Counted from the first letter of the stretch, positions 13,219-26,573 are shown. The stretch: 64,000 bases of DNA from Octopus sinensis (GCF_006345805.1 NC_043018.1:1240001-1304000), one strand, 5' to 3'. Notes: generated from the sequence alone by a model not told the origin. Numbers and translations are program-made.

Positions 13219-13683
13219 GGATTCTTTCGGTTTGAACGGCAGTTTTTAAAAATAATTTCCACGTAACTAAACACTTTTAAACTTCGTACACTTGTAGAAT
13301 GTGTTTATAAAACATCATTTTCTCTTGGCTTTATTGAGAAAATTCTATGGTTAGTAAGATATTTGTTGTAGTTTTTCTTCAATTTCTGCAATTTCAACCA
13401 ATCAATGACGTCCATTGAGGTAAACAACATTCTGTGCCGTATGAATATGTCCCTCGTTTAAGAAACAGATTGGGTTTATTTACATTTGTGAAGAAAAAAA
13501 GATACCCTTCTCCCATCCCTAACCCTAACCCTAACTAACCCTAACTAACTCTAACTAACCCTAACTCTAACTCTAACCCTAAAACAGATTGAAATACAAT
13601 AGATCGATAATAGGGTCATAATTATGGGTGACAATTTCATATGACACAGCTAGAAAAAACTGCCGTTCAAACCGAAGAGATCC
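13219..13683. mobile_element. Unclassified 465-bp TIR element with internal telomere-like repeats and a 21-bp flanking direct repeat
   Basis: TIRs 13219-13247 and 13655-13683 (26/29 match); ATGGCAGATATTATAGAAAAC at 13198-13218 and 13684-13704; (CCCTAA)-like tract 13517-13582. Confidence 0.8.
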
Positions 13684-13739
13684 ATGGCAGATATTATAGA
13701 AAACTTTTATGCAAAATAAGGCATATATTTATACTGACT

Positions 13740-14012
13740 CATGTTCCTTCTCATAGGGGCCGGTTTCTTTGGCGTATAGGTTCCCCACCTGGACAGGATG
13801 CCGCTTCGTCGCAGATGAGCTGCAAGATGCAGGAGGAAAGAGTGAGAGAATGTTGTGGTGAAAGAGTCAGCAGATGTTCGCCATTACCTTCTGCCGGAGC
13901 CGTGTGGAACTTAGGTGTTTCGCTCATAAAGACACACCGCCCGGTCTGAAATTCGAACCCGCGATCCTTCGACCGCGAGTCCGCTGCTCTAACCACTAGG
14001 CCATGTGCCTCC
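13740..14012 (-). mobile_element. SINE A, tail type 3
   Basis: Family A head and body, then CTGCGACGAAGCGGCATCCTGTCCAGG...GAAACCGGCCCCTATGAG shared with the 15335 element. Confidence 0.85.
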
Positions 14013-14129
14013 ACCCATCAAGTGTAAAAGTAAAGTATTTGTTACTGGTTCGAAATTAAACTGACAGGAGAGAATGTCTTTATGTAAATCTATTTGTAGG
14101 CCAGGCCAGTGTACATACTCCACGTTATA

Positions 14130-15030
14130 TTATTATTAGATAAATGCGGAGCGTTAGGAATTGGAGAGAAAAACTCGAAGGGTTCTCATAAAACAACGCC
14201 GAGCACCGTTAATGTAATTTCGAAAGGATCTGCTTAGCAACAAATCAAAAAAGACTCTAAGGGAGTGGAGGTTTGTTAAATACAGAACAAATTTTCAGTG
14301 CTGTCATTTGGGGTTTTAAAACTGTTTTCAGGTGTGAAGTAATTATATGTTCTGAAATATCGAAGATGTCATTGAAACGTAGAGTTACATTAAGAAGAGA
14401 CGAAGAGCGGCAGAATAAATATCAGCGAATAGAAAGAATTACTAAGCCGATTCATACATACGCTAAACCAGGGATGTTGGAAATAAAGAACGTTGGTTGT
14501 GGCTGAGAGAATAATTCTGAAATGAGAAACTGAATCACAAATTAGAGTCGCCCAGAAACAAGAAATTACAACGCACTAGATAAAGGCAAATATTAATAAG
14601 ATTAAATCAGAGAGCAAAAGCAGATTTGTGAGAACGGAGAAATAATAATATAGCTGTTAAATCAGTGCAAAAAGCCAGTACAAAAGGAATATGGGCACAT
14701 GAATGAAAGCATCTGTGAAAATTGCATCGGAGGTTAGGATATTAGTAAATTTGTGGATTCGAAGTTAGAGGATGTGTGGTATGAAGAAGAACCAGATACT
14801 ATGATGGTAAATTACGAATGATCTTAGAGGATTTCAATGTAGAAAGCAATGTTGAAGCAAGAGGCACAAAAAATATGACCGTGGATGTCAGAGAAAGACA
14901 CAAAAAGACAATATAAGGTCTTAGACTTTGCAACCCTGTAATGTAAAGGAATGGACATGAGAAAAAAATCTATGTCGTTCAAGAATATCAGAATGCAGGC
15001 AGAGGAGTAACGCAGGCCGTAGTGGTAATG
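14130..15030 (+). mobile_element. R4/Dong-like non-LTR retrotransposon, decayed C-terminal region
   Basis: Broken frames read ELERKTRRVL, GSGGLL, RWLWLRE..ETESQIRVAQKQEITT..IKANINK, WYEEEPD, DFNVESN and LDFA.P, matching the R4-clade C-terminus and restriction-like endonuclease region. Confidence 0.7.
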
Positions 15031-15234
15031 ATAAACGTTAATGGTCGTACACTCCAACTTCATGCCGATGAAGTTTGTCCGTATACTTTCTTATTGTCTG
15101 CCATGTAAAAACATGTACACATTTGTATTTGTACACATTTGTATTTGTATTTGTACGTATGAGTGTGCGTTCGCACATATATGTTTATGTATGCGTGAAT
15201 ATACACGTTATATGTGTGTGTATATATGTATATG

Positions 15235-15582
<348 letters not shown>

Positions 15583-15615
15583 TACTATTTTTTAAAATAT
15601 ATATGTACAATCTGT

Positions 15616-15918
15616 GGAGGCGCAATGGCCCAGTGGTTAGGGCAGCGGACTCGCGGTTGTAGGATCGTGGTTTCGGTTCCCATACCGGGCGTTGTGAGTG
15701 TTTATTGAGCGAAAACAACTTAAAGCTCCACGAGGCTCCGGCTGGAGGTGGTGATCCCTGCTGTACTCTTTTACCACCCTTTCCCTCACTCTATCTTCTA
15801 TTGGCCTGCTCGCTTAGCCAGCGGGGTGGCGTCATTCGATGGCTAAAACAATTCGAACGCATTGTGACCAGCGATGTGTAACAACATCTGATGGTCTGCT
15901 CGGTCACGGGATCACGGG
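15616..15918 (+). mobile_element. SINE A, tail type 2
   Basis: Family A head plus GGCCTGCTCGCTTAGCCAGCGGGG...GGTCACG(G/T)GATCACG tail, the same as 42597. Confidence 0.9.
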
Positions 15919-15944
15919 ATTTACAATCTACATCCATACATACA

Positions 15945-16174
15945 GGCGGTGAGCTGGCAGAAACGTTAGCACCCCGGGCGAAATGCGTAGCCGTATTTCG
16001 TCCGCTGTTACGTTCTGAGTTCAAATTCCGCCGGGGTCGACTTTGCCTTTCATCCTTTCGGGGTCGATAAACAAAGTACCAGTTGCGCACTGGTGTCGAT
16101 GAAATCGACTTAATCCCTTTGTCTGTCCTTCTTTGTCACCTCTGTGTTTACCCCGTTGTGGGCAGTAAAGAAAT
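15945..16174 (+). mobile_element. SINE family C
   Basis: GGCGGTGAGCTGGCAGAAACG...GAGTTCAAATTCC...GCCTTTCATCCTTTCGGGGTCGATAAA...GTAAAGAAATA. Confidence 0.9.
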
Positions 16175-17767
16175 ATATATGCATACATATACATTGTATA
16201 CATGCATATATATGTGTTATTGCATGTGGGTGTGGATTTGTTTGAGTTTATGTGCCCATCTACAGCCATGTACATGCGTTAACGCAGAGAAAGACAGAGG
16301 AATTTACAAACATATATTTAGAATCTGACGAAGAAGAAGAATTTCTGATTGCCATTGACTCCATCCTTACCAAAGCGAAATCGTTGATGTTACTTGAGAT
16401 CTTTGAAACACACTTTATCTCTCTTTTAAGAAACCTAACGTATCTTTTGAACTATGATAATAAGACCCTCAAACCCTTCTTAGAACACGGCTAAAAACCT
16501 AGCAACAAAACACTCTCTATCTTTCTATCTCTCACTCTCTCTTTCTCACTCACACCGATTCTTTACAACTGGCAAATAATCAAATTTTAACTTGAGCCGC
16601 ACTTGATTATAACGAAGCCATACCTAGAGGTGGGTTTAAAGAGAAAATATCTTAAAGTTAATTCAACAACACAGAACATATTATCATACGTTAACAGAAC
16701 TATATAAAAGAAGAATGCCCTTAAGGACTCTCTTTTATCATAGTTGAATCTAACCAGTGGCCAGATCTTTCGTTGAATTACTTGAGGAAAAAACACTTAG
16801 AAACAAAAGATAGATTCTATCAACTTTTGAACAAAAAGACAATAACAAATTACGTATTCTACAAAACAATATTTTGCTCAAGTTTTGCTTTATTTTACCT
16901 CATATCAACGTGGTTTAAAATTTCACGGTAATTAAGATATGATTAAAAGATGAAAACTGGAATATTCTCAACGGACAGCCTTCACACTAGAATCTAAATG
17001 CCCAAAATATAAGATAATTTATAATGTAACAGCCTTACATAAAATGTAATTAATTAGTCGCTAACGAAGCAACGAAGCTTAAAGTCTAGGTTTGTGACAA
17101 AATTATGTGTATAGTTATACGTACACGTTTGTGTACAAACAAACGATGCAACTATATTTGCTGAGAATACTATCTTGAGAGAGAAGTTCTACAGATGGTC
17201 AGTTAGTATGTAAACACACCAGTGAATATGGATGATTTCACCCAGATATAATTAGATCTCACTGTGTTTAATTATACATGCCTATATTTTAAAGTTTGCG
17301 GCATACTATGTTTCTAATTAATTGCTTCCAACTTGGAAATGTTTTGTGGATATCAGCAAATTTAATATTTCCTGTTTAAATGTTAGAATGACAGTTTTTA
17401 GTGGTCTCGGGACGACGGTTTTAGGATTAGTAACAAATGAAGTGTAACCATGCAGAAACACGTCGTAAGGTTGGTTAATGCCAAGCGAAATGTTTTCACA
17501 AATATTGCCTACAAGAAAAGAAATCGTGCTTTATTAGCAAAACGCTGACATTAAAAATCACAAACAGTTGAAGCATCACACGCTAGAATTGAGAATTCCG
17601 TAAATGGCTGAATCAAATATGCAGAAAGCGAATCTGAAATTTCTGAAGAATGTAGATTTCATTTATGCTTTGTGGGGTAGAAAAAAATGAAAAAATAACA
17701 TCCACATTCAAACGCAAATACAAGAATTGTGAACAATGGAATGTTTATTTCAAGGCCGGGTACTTAA

Positions 17768-18342
17768 GGCGGTGAGCTGGCAGAAACGTTAGCACGCCGG
17801 GCGAAATGCGTAGCCGTATTTCGTCTGCCGTTACGTTCTGAGTTCAAATTCCGCCGAGGTCCACTTTGCCTTTTATCCTTTCGGGGTCGATAAATTAAGT
17901 ACCAGTTACGCACTGGGGTCGATGTAATCGATTTAATCCGTTTGTCTGTCCTTGTTTGTCCTATCTGTGTTTAGTCCCTTGTGGGTACTAAAGAAATAGA
18001 AATATGTATTTCGTCTGCCGCTACGTTCTGAGCTCAAATTCCGCCGAGATCCACTTTGCCTTTCATCCTTTCGGGGTCGATAAATTAAGTACCAGATACG
18101 CACTGGGGTCGATATAATCGATTTAATCCGTTTGTCTCTCCTTGTTTGTCCTATCTGTGTTTAGCCCCTCGTGGGTACTAAAGAAATAGAAATAGGTATT
18201 TCGTCTGCCGCTACGTTCTGAGTTCAAATTCCGCCGAGGTCCACTTTGCCTTTTATTCTTTCGAGATCGATTAATAAGTACCATTTACGCACTGGGGTCG
18301 ATATAATCGACTTAAACCGTTTGTCTGTCCTTGTTTGTCCTC
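17768..18342 (+). mobile_element. SINE C head-to-tail trimer (190-bp period)
   Basis: GTATTTCGTCTGCCG recurs at 17816, 18006 and 18196. Confidence 0.9.
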
Positions 18343-18511
18343 ATAAAGTATAGGTGTGTGACAAATAATGCGTCAACATATATATATGTAGGCGGGTATC
18401 TTGACGCCATTATTGTAGTGTGGTTATAGAATTTCGTTTGGAAATAATAATATACTGCGTTTTGCGCTGCTGGAGAACCTCTTTGTTTTGCGTATTTTGC
18501 CATAGATTTGA

Positions 18512-18563
<52 letters not shown>

Positions 18564-20453
18564 GTTTGAAGTTGTGCAGATGAAAGGAAATGCATCTGTC
18601 CGTCGAGTGGACCGTACCGCGAATGCAGCAAGTGAAATTTGCTTTTCTTAAGATGTATAATGATTGTGGTACGTGAAGTGTTCATTGACTTACCTTGCCA
18701 GCAGACTAAGCTCTTCATGTTTTAAAGAAAGTTATTTAAATATTTCTATAAATAGTGTCGAATAGTTAAGAAAGAGATACGCAAACACAATTACACACAC
18801 ACAAGGCACGGACATTGATAAAGTACCCCATCACCAAATCACTAGAATTTTTTCGTCGTCTTTCTCGCTCATTTCAGTAGCAAATTATGAACTATCATAA
18901 ACTATCAAGCCCTGAAATTTTAGAAAAAGTTACCAAGATGTTCCTTCTAAGTAGGCTGTCGATAATGTGGGGTCCCTTTCAGAGAGAAATTGAAGAGACA
19001 GAATGGAATGGATGAAAATTGTATTTTCGGAGGAAATATTTTGTAATGATTGACTTTCTTCTTCAGCATTGCATAAATCGTTGTTAAGCTACAAGACAAG
19101 AAGTAAAAGAACTGTACACATCTTTACCTATGGTGTTTTATTTATTTCGGAGGCACCAAAATGGAAGTGCTTAATCAACTGAGTATATAACTGTAGAAAT
19201 GGTCTTTTATATTATCTCCAAAACATCCAGATAATATGGAATTATGTTTTGATTTTTCTTTTTTGTTAGGGAAGAGTGGCATTTTGGATAACAATTTAAA
19301 TGGCCTTCAACACTGATGGAACGAGAATGATGGCATTTTCAAAGTGTTATCTGTTCCAAATTCTTGCAACAAGAATGTACTCCTGTAAAGTTATCAAAAT
19401 AGCCCAGTGACCACCTTACGCCACAAGATAACCAGTGAATCGAAAGTACAGGGAAAATATCGCTTTGTATCTGAGCCGGGGAGCTTACCATTTTGCTTTG
19501 GCTTTTGCATACGTTTAATAAGCGATATCTCAAAGTTTCAATGATAGAATTTCCGAGAGTTTCCTTTGTACCTTACAAAACTTACGTGGAAGGGATCTTT
19601 TCCTTTCTTGTTTTCTACGGGGGTTATCTCTAGTTGATGTTGCTTCACGTAAACTGAAAACCTTACGATCAGACGTAAAAAAGAGAAAATGTCGGCACAC
19701 CGTACTCTTGACGTATTTTATAAACTCAGGCTGATCATTTGGCTGCTGCTTCTAGCAGATCCATCCACTGCAGAGATATTAAAAAATTATTCATTTTTTT
19801 GTCTTTTAAATTGGTAGTACTGCTACGATATTGGATACTTTTACTTGTAATGGAGTTTGACAACTCAGTCTTTGTCAGAACACTACAACCATTATGCAAA
19901 TTACACTCATAAACACAATAATAATTTTTCATGATTCGAGATATGATATGTGTTTTATACGAACGATTCTTGGAGGTTGATTCTGAATCTGATATTAGAT
20001 TCTCACAAGCAATTCTACAAATCTGTTTTGCAAATTTATCTATGTTTATTGCATAATATTGAATTAAATAAAACTTGATACAAAACTTATTTATTCCTTG
20101 AAATGAAATACTAAGAATTCAATTGATTAATTCATATGTAATTAATTTTTAACTCGTTCTTATATCATAGTTTCAATTAACTATACATAATTGATGCGTA
20201 TACTTTACAGCAATTTTAAAACACGTTATAAATATGGTAGTCTCTCATAAAATCTGGGATATAGTGAAATTATAATTATATCCTCTGTATCAAAATAGTT
20301 GACATGGATACAGTAACCCAAAAACCTTGGTGACCTGTTTTAATTCAATAATCATCTTCATAGAATGCATCATTTTACTTATTGCTTGGTGCATTAAATA
20401 GTTTGTCGGGAAGACGAAATCTAAACGATAATGTATGGAACACATATATATGT

Positions 20454-20533
<80 letters not shown>

Positions 20534-20554
20534 CATACATATATATATATATGT

Positions 20555-20790
20555 GTGTGTGTGTGTGTTTTCGTGTGTGTATGTTTGTGTGTTTGTGTTT
20601 GTCCCCCCAGCATCGCTTGACAACCGAAGCTGGTGTGTTTACGTCGCCGTAGCTTAGCGGTTCGGCAAAAGAGACAGATAGTTATAAGTACTAGGCTTAC
20701 AAAGAATAAATCCTGGGGTCGATTTGGTCGACTAAAGGCGGTGCCCCAGCATGGCCACAGCCAAATGACTGAAACAAATGACTGAATACT
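20555..20790 (+). mobile_element. SINE B, 3' half
   Basis: CGCTTGACAACCG...GGTGCCCCAGCATGGCCACAG...GACTGAAAC. Confidence 0.85.
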
Positions 20791-20885
20791 GAATGTAAAT
20801 TCAATACTTGCTGAAATTTAAAAGTATAAGAAATTTTGGAAACTTGGTAGAGAAACTGAAGCGCATGCCGGAACGTTCGCACGTA

Positions 20886-20938
<53 letters not shown>

Positions 20939-21149
20939 ATGCATGTGTGCTTGTGCGTATAATTTGAGGATATCATAATTAAAATTATTATATCATTGGT
21001 CAGCGTATAAAAAAACACCACATCGGTAAAATCAATATTTAGGTATATCTTTATCAATATATATTTATAATTGTGTAATTAAATTTATACCGATATGGTT
21101 TCTATACGCTGGTCACTGCCATAATAAATTTAATGACTCTATATATAAA

Positions 21150-21425
21150 TTCTTTAAATTCTTTAAGTTTCGAAGCTGTGGTCATGCTGGGGAACCACCG
21201 TTACATGAATCCTCCTCTGATATTTGGCATCCGGAACCCTTGACAAGAAGAAATCAAGTTCTGTTTTGAAGGCACCTGCATTCTTATCATGCAAGTCTCT
21301 CACACATTTTGGAAGGATTTTGAAGAGCTGTGGGCCCTTAAAACCAAAGCTGTTGCCGTATCTCGTCCTGTATTTTGATGGAGATACTGGGATATTTGGC
21401 ACTATGCAATTGAGTGGGTCTGGTG
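21150..21425 (-). mobile_element. CR1/L2/Jockey-group LINE 3' terminal fragment
   Basis: NSFGFKGPQLFKILPKCVRD..FKTELDFFLSRVPD is typical of LINE ORF2 C-termini of this group; the exact clade is not resolved. Confidence 0.75.
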
Positions 21426-21547
21426 TTTGTAATTATATATATATATATAATTACAAACACCACACCCACTCATGAGCGTAACTTTGAAACTGAACGATTT
21501 AAAAAAAATATATGTAGAGTCACTAAAATTATTTTAGCAGTGACCAG

Positions 21548-21574
<27 letters not shown>

Positions 21575-21584
<10 letters not shown>

Positions 21585-21745
21585 GGGCGTCTTCTAGTTT
21601 CCGTCAACCAAATCAACTCACAATGTTTGCATCGGCTCTAGGCTATAGGAAAAGACACTTGGTCAAGCTATTATGCAGTGGGAATGAACCTGAAACCATA
21701 TATTTGGGAAGCAAGCTTCTTACCACCTAACATCACTTGTGCCTA
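21575..21745 (-). mobile_element. SINE B, 5' half (degenerate)
   Basis: Reverse complement of the family B head. Confidence 0.75.
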
Positions 21746-23401
21746 CGGATACACACGCACACACACACACACGCGTTCACACACACACACACGCGCACAC
21801 GCTCACACATACATATATATGCATGTATATTCAACCATCGTCCAAAATAATATTGACGAAATATACGTACAAGTATCTATAAATATATTTATCGATCTCT
21901 CTATCTATCCATATATCTGTGTGTTTGTGCGTAATCCTATAAATGTATATAAGTACATACATCTATACATGTACTTATATACTTATAAATATGTATATCT
22001 GTACATGCTTGTGAGCGTGTGCATGCATTTACATATATAGAGAGAGTGAAACATAGAGAATGTGAAATTGGAAGCGAGATATAATATCTGATATTTGCAA
22101 ATATATTAATTTGCTTCAGCAAAAGGAAAAATATTACTAACTTCCAATACTTTTCTATTGACCTCTCCTTCAAATGAATCTCGAATTTTTACGTCTTTCA
22201 TCATAATGTTACAATATGGATTCATTGAAGCATTCTTGTTTCTGTTGCATCATACATAAACTAGAAAACAATGTTTATGATAAATCGTATTGTAACCTTC
22301 AGCTTCGATAAATAAACACTTATTTTCTATTCTGCGTATATCGTGTATTTTCAACTCTACTCAATATCTTTATATATATATTCTTTGCTTTTGTCGTTGT
22401 TTTCACTAATATTAGAAGAAAGTCTCACAACATTACATTTCAGATTTTCCTGCATGGAATGAAATTGATGAGGTACTTCAATATCCCAACGGATTTTCAC
22501 TCAGTAAGTCTTTCTAAGGATTCCTTGAAACAAGAATTGAATCATCAATTTTGAAGCTCATTCACTTGAGTGGATATTATGAAGGAAATTACGTTTCACG
22601 AACAATTTCATTCAAATGCATTATGGCAACCTAAGCTAAAAGGACCTTTATGAATACAATAGCTCTTCTTATAAAGCATGATTAGTTGCTGTGGTGTTGT
22701 CACCTTTTCAATATTAGTATTGAAAAGATTTGTATTAAAATTCATATTATCTTAATCGACAATGATATATTAAGACAGCAAGCAATCCATGTAACATGGC
22801 GGTTGAACTCACATGCTAAATGGTGTATAACAGAGAATTAACCGTAGTAGATGTGTATCTGACTGCTAGAAATAGCAGCTGGTGGATCCATGTAGAAAAC
22901 GTTGTGGAATCAATAATTGCTATTAAAAAGAATTCCTTTAAAAAAATTGCTAATAAAAATAGCAGCCAAGTTTCCCCTCAACCTAATGATTGCATTTCTT
23001 TATCAGAAATTACATGGGACATATAATTGTCAAATATACAATCGAAAAAATCTGAGGTGGCCGGCGTAATGCCGGGTCAGCAATACAATAAAAAAATACA
23101 CGCTTTCGACTAGAATTTACATGAAATAACATGAAATAAAATGTGTTTGCATACATCTTCAAGGGGGCGCTCAACAGTAACTGGCTTTGGTTAAAAGAAT
23201 ATACAAGAGAATCAGTTAATTCAACATATTCAACTCTCAGATTTACACACATATTGCTATGGTCTGGTCCTTCAGTTTTTCTAAGCTCTGTCAAAGAAAA
23301 CGAAATTGTAGGACTGCAATCAGGCTTTTCGCGATAACACTAAATTTAGAGACACTCTACCACCGCCTCATATAAGCATATATATATGTGTATATATATA
23401 T

Positions 23402-23433
<32 letters not shown>

Positions 23434-23517
23434 CACACACATATATATATATATATATAGATATATATATATATAATATATATATACATATATATATATA
23501 CAATATATATATACATA

Positions 23518-23626
<109 letters not shown>

Positions 23627-24283
23627 ATATATATATATACATATATACATGCACAAGTATAGACATATTTATATATATATATGTCTGCATGTGAGTATGT
23701 ATGTATATGTGTTTGTGTGCTGTATCAGAATGTATATTCTATATGCGATAGAGTATGTATAAATTGGAAAAAAAGGGTGAAGAGTTTGTTACGCCCCGAA
23801 GGTTTTTTTTTTCTTTCTTTAATACAATGACCATAGTGTATCTTAAGTTGAATTACTAACAGCGATACCGGAAATTACTTTCCCTCTGAGCAGTCATTCA
23901 ATTTCCCCCTGGCAGGTGTTTGTCTTTCAGAACAGTAACGAAGTCACTGGAACGGTTCAACTCTCACAAAACCACGCTCATGTAAGAGATCAAACCCTAA
24001 ATGATATCAGTTAACAGTTTGCTGCATCTACATTGATAGATAAAGTCATAAATTAATTTCAAACACGACTCAAATCCACGAATTTAGGTAAACACTTTGA
24101 GTAGTTGTTATACTGAATTATATACGGCCAACAGTGTTACTCACTAAGAGGTTATAGTTTTCTCTTTCGTTTGAGAAGAATAGCTATATACATCTGAGGG
24201 TTTAATTATTGGACACTTTCAAATAAAAGATGTCGATTCAGGGACATTAAGACCGATTCTATACAATCAGATTTTATCTTATA

Positions 24284-24400
24284 TTAGCAGTATAACACGG
24301 CCTTGCCCGGGATTAAGTTACGATTATTAAGCTAATCAACTTCTTTATTTCAAACCAAACTAAGTAATATAGACGTCAAATTTGGGCGAAATCCGTTGAA

Positions 24401-24405
<5 letters not shown>
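24284..24405 (-). mobile_element. Degenerate Helitron 3' end related to 7105-7500
   Basis: TTATCTTATATTAGCAGTATAACACGGCCTTGCCCGGG resembles TTATCTTATACTAGCAGTATCGCCCGGCGTTGCTCGGG. Confidence 0.5.
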
Positions 24406-24469
<64 letters not shown>

Positions 24470-25957
24470 GATATAAATATATATGGGCAACATGCACGAA
24501 CACACATACACACATGTACGTACGTACACCTATTGCATGTTTTGTGCACGCATACATGTTAATAAACAGAAATGAATGGAAAAAATGTTGTTAAATTTGT
24601 AGATTAACACTCGCACAATTTTCGCTTAGAAAAAAATATTTTTTTTTGGCATGGAATCAACTACTCTGGCCGCTAAACCCTTTTTGTGGTCCGTGAAACG
24701 GAGTGGGATGTGGTGGAAGCCTCGCAAATTGTAATTCACTGACAAATTGTTACTCACTTTTTTGTTTCTTTGTTGTTAAATAAATGGATTGTCAACAAAA
24801 CACTTTTTACTCGGCGTAAGATAAAAACAAAACTCTTTCGCACCCAAAGTAATTTGTGTGAGAGAGAGAAGGGGGATATTCTCTGACTTTTGTAGTACAG
24901 AGTCTATTCGTTTCTTGGCGTGCTTCCTTTTCTCCAGCTGTGTCTCTTTCTCTAGACAGAGATATTCTTTTAGCTCACCTTGATATTGTAGACAAATTTG
25001 ACACTTTCCTTCGAGGCATGGTTATATACGTATACAGAAATACACGAATGTAGAAGATAGTAAACAATGGAAATAACTTGGTAACGAAAATTATGTTTCT
25101 TAATACGACAGGCAGAAATTAAATAAAAAAAATTTTAACGGAAAATAAAGTATTGTACGGGTTAAAGCGAGCCAAATGTATCACTCGGTGAACCAAAGTG
25201 CGAGTATCGAAGGGGGAAGAAAAACCGTCAGCAACAGAAAAGCACAAAACCGTACGAATTGAAGTGTAATTTATGAAGATACATCTGTCAGTAAATTATT
25301 AAATTACTTAGATCAATAATTGTGAATTTCTTTCTGTCAGTAATTTGTCGTTGTTTGTTTGTAAATAGTGATTGAAAACTTAAAACTTACAGTGAAAACA
25401 ATAACGATTAAAGTTAATGTGAAAAACCTATGTCGTCTGAAAATTGAAAGTGAAAACAATACAGAGTGAGATAGCAAATAAAAAGAAATATAGATAGATA
25501 AGATATAGACAGATAGATACAGATAGATTGAGAAATAGAGAGAAATAGAGAGAGAGATGGATAGAGAGATATAGATAGAGAGATATGTTACAGAGATATA
25601 GAGATAGATAGAGAGACATGGATAGAGAGATACATATGGAGAGAAATACGTTACCTCATTGAAGCTATAAAAACCGCAATTTAATATTTTTAAAACTTTC
25701 AAAGACGTGAAACTAAATAAGAAGCAATATTTTTTATTGTTAATAACAAAAATCAAATGAAGGACATCTTATATGTCCGAGGTCAAATTATTCACGCATC
25801 ACAAGTATGGAAGCAATTGGTGAAGTCGCTTTCACGTGAAAAGTGAATACACACAACATCTCTATTTTATATATTATTGGATATATATATCCATCTATCC
25901 ATCTATCTATATATCTATCAAACAGTACACTCATACATACACACCCACACACATGCA

Positions 25958-25999
<42 letters not shown>

Positions 26000-26195
26000 T
26001 ATGGCTCCGTGTGAGCAGTCATCTAAAAGTTTTTTGTGCATCTTGATGTTGACATAAGTTCTTGCTTTCTGGTGAGAAAGCGACATAATATACTCCTTAT
26101 TCCTTCGCAATTAGGATAAGCAGCCTTCGAAACATATGGCGAAAATAAAGGATTTTGTTATTTCGTCGTTCAACTCCATTCTTGCATATATAATG

Positions 26196-26226
<31 letters not shown>

Positions 26227-26259
26227 CATATATATCAGATGTGAACCATTTCTGTCATG

Positions 26260-26573
26260 TATGTCCATGGGATTGCACCTAGAATCTTACCCTCCGAGGC
26301 ACAAATTCGGGTACCGTTGTTTATGGAACACCTGCAGTGACCCATGCATACCAGCCTCTCCTCTCAATGCCACCAATGTTATCCAAGTGAGAGACAAAGA
26401 CCCTTACAGCTTCACACCAGTGATGTCGCAACTCATTTCTACAGCTGAGTGAACTGGAGCAACGTGAACTAAAGTATCTTGTTCAAGAACACAAACACGC
26501 AGCCCAGTCCGAGATTGAACTCACAACCTCGCGATCGTGAGCTCGACACTCTAAACACTGAGCCACGTGACCC
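26260..26573 (-). mobile_element. tRNA-derived CORE-like SINE (family E)
   Basis: Minus strand GTGGCTCAGTGTTTAGAG...GAGTTCAATCTC, then GTGTTCTTGAACAAGATAC...CTCAGCTGTAGAAATGAG. Confidence 0.8.

Noticed and set aside
13517-13582. Interstitial telomere or chromosome-fusion scar
   Set aside because: The tract is short, degenerate and internal to a TIR element
16325-16494. ORF segment ESDEEEEFLIAIDSILTKAK...
   Set aside because: No recognisable homology or donor site
17816-18342. CRISPR-like or other prokaryotic arrays
   Set aside because: The repeats are SINE multimers or microsatellites without unique spacers; no prokaryotic gene content
18694-18718. Minus-strand ATG plus GTAAGT donor (MKSLVCWQ)
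   Set aside because: Too short and unsupported; such matches are expected by chance
18800-19930. Possible Tc1-like transposase relic (WMKIVFSEE; KSTVCRH)
   Set aside because: Motifs lie on opposite strands with wrong spacing and no TIRs
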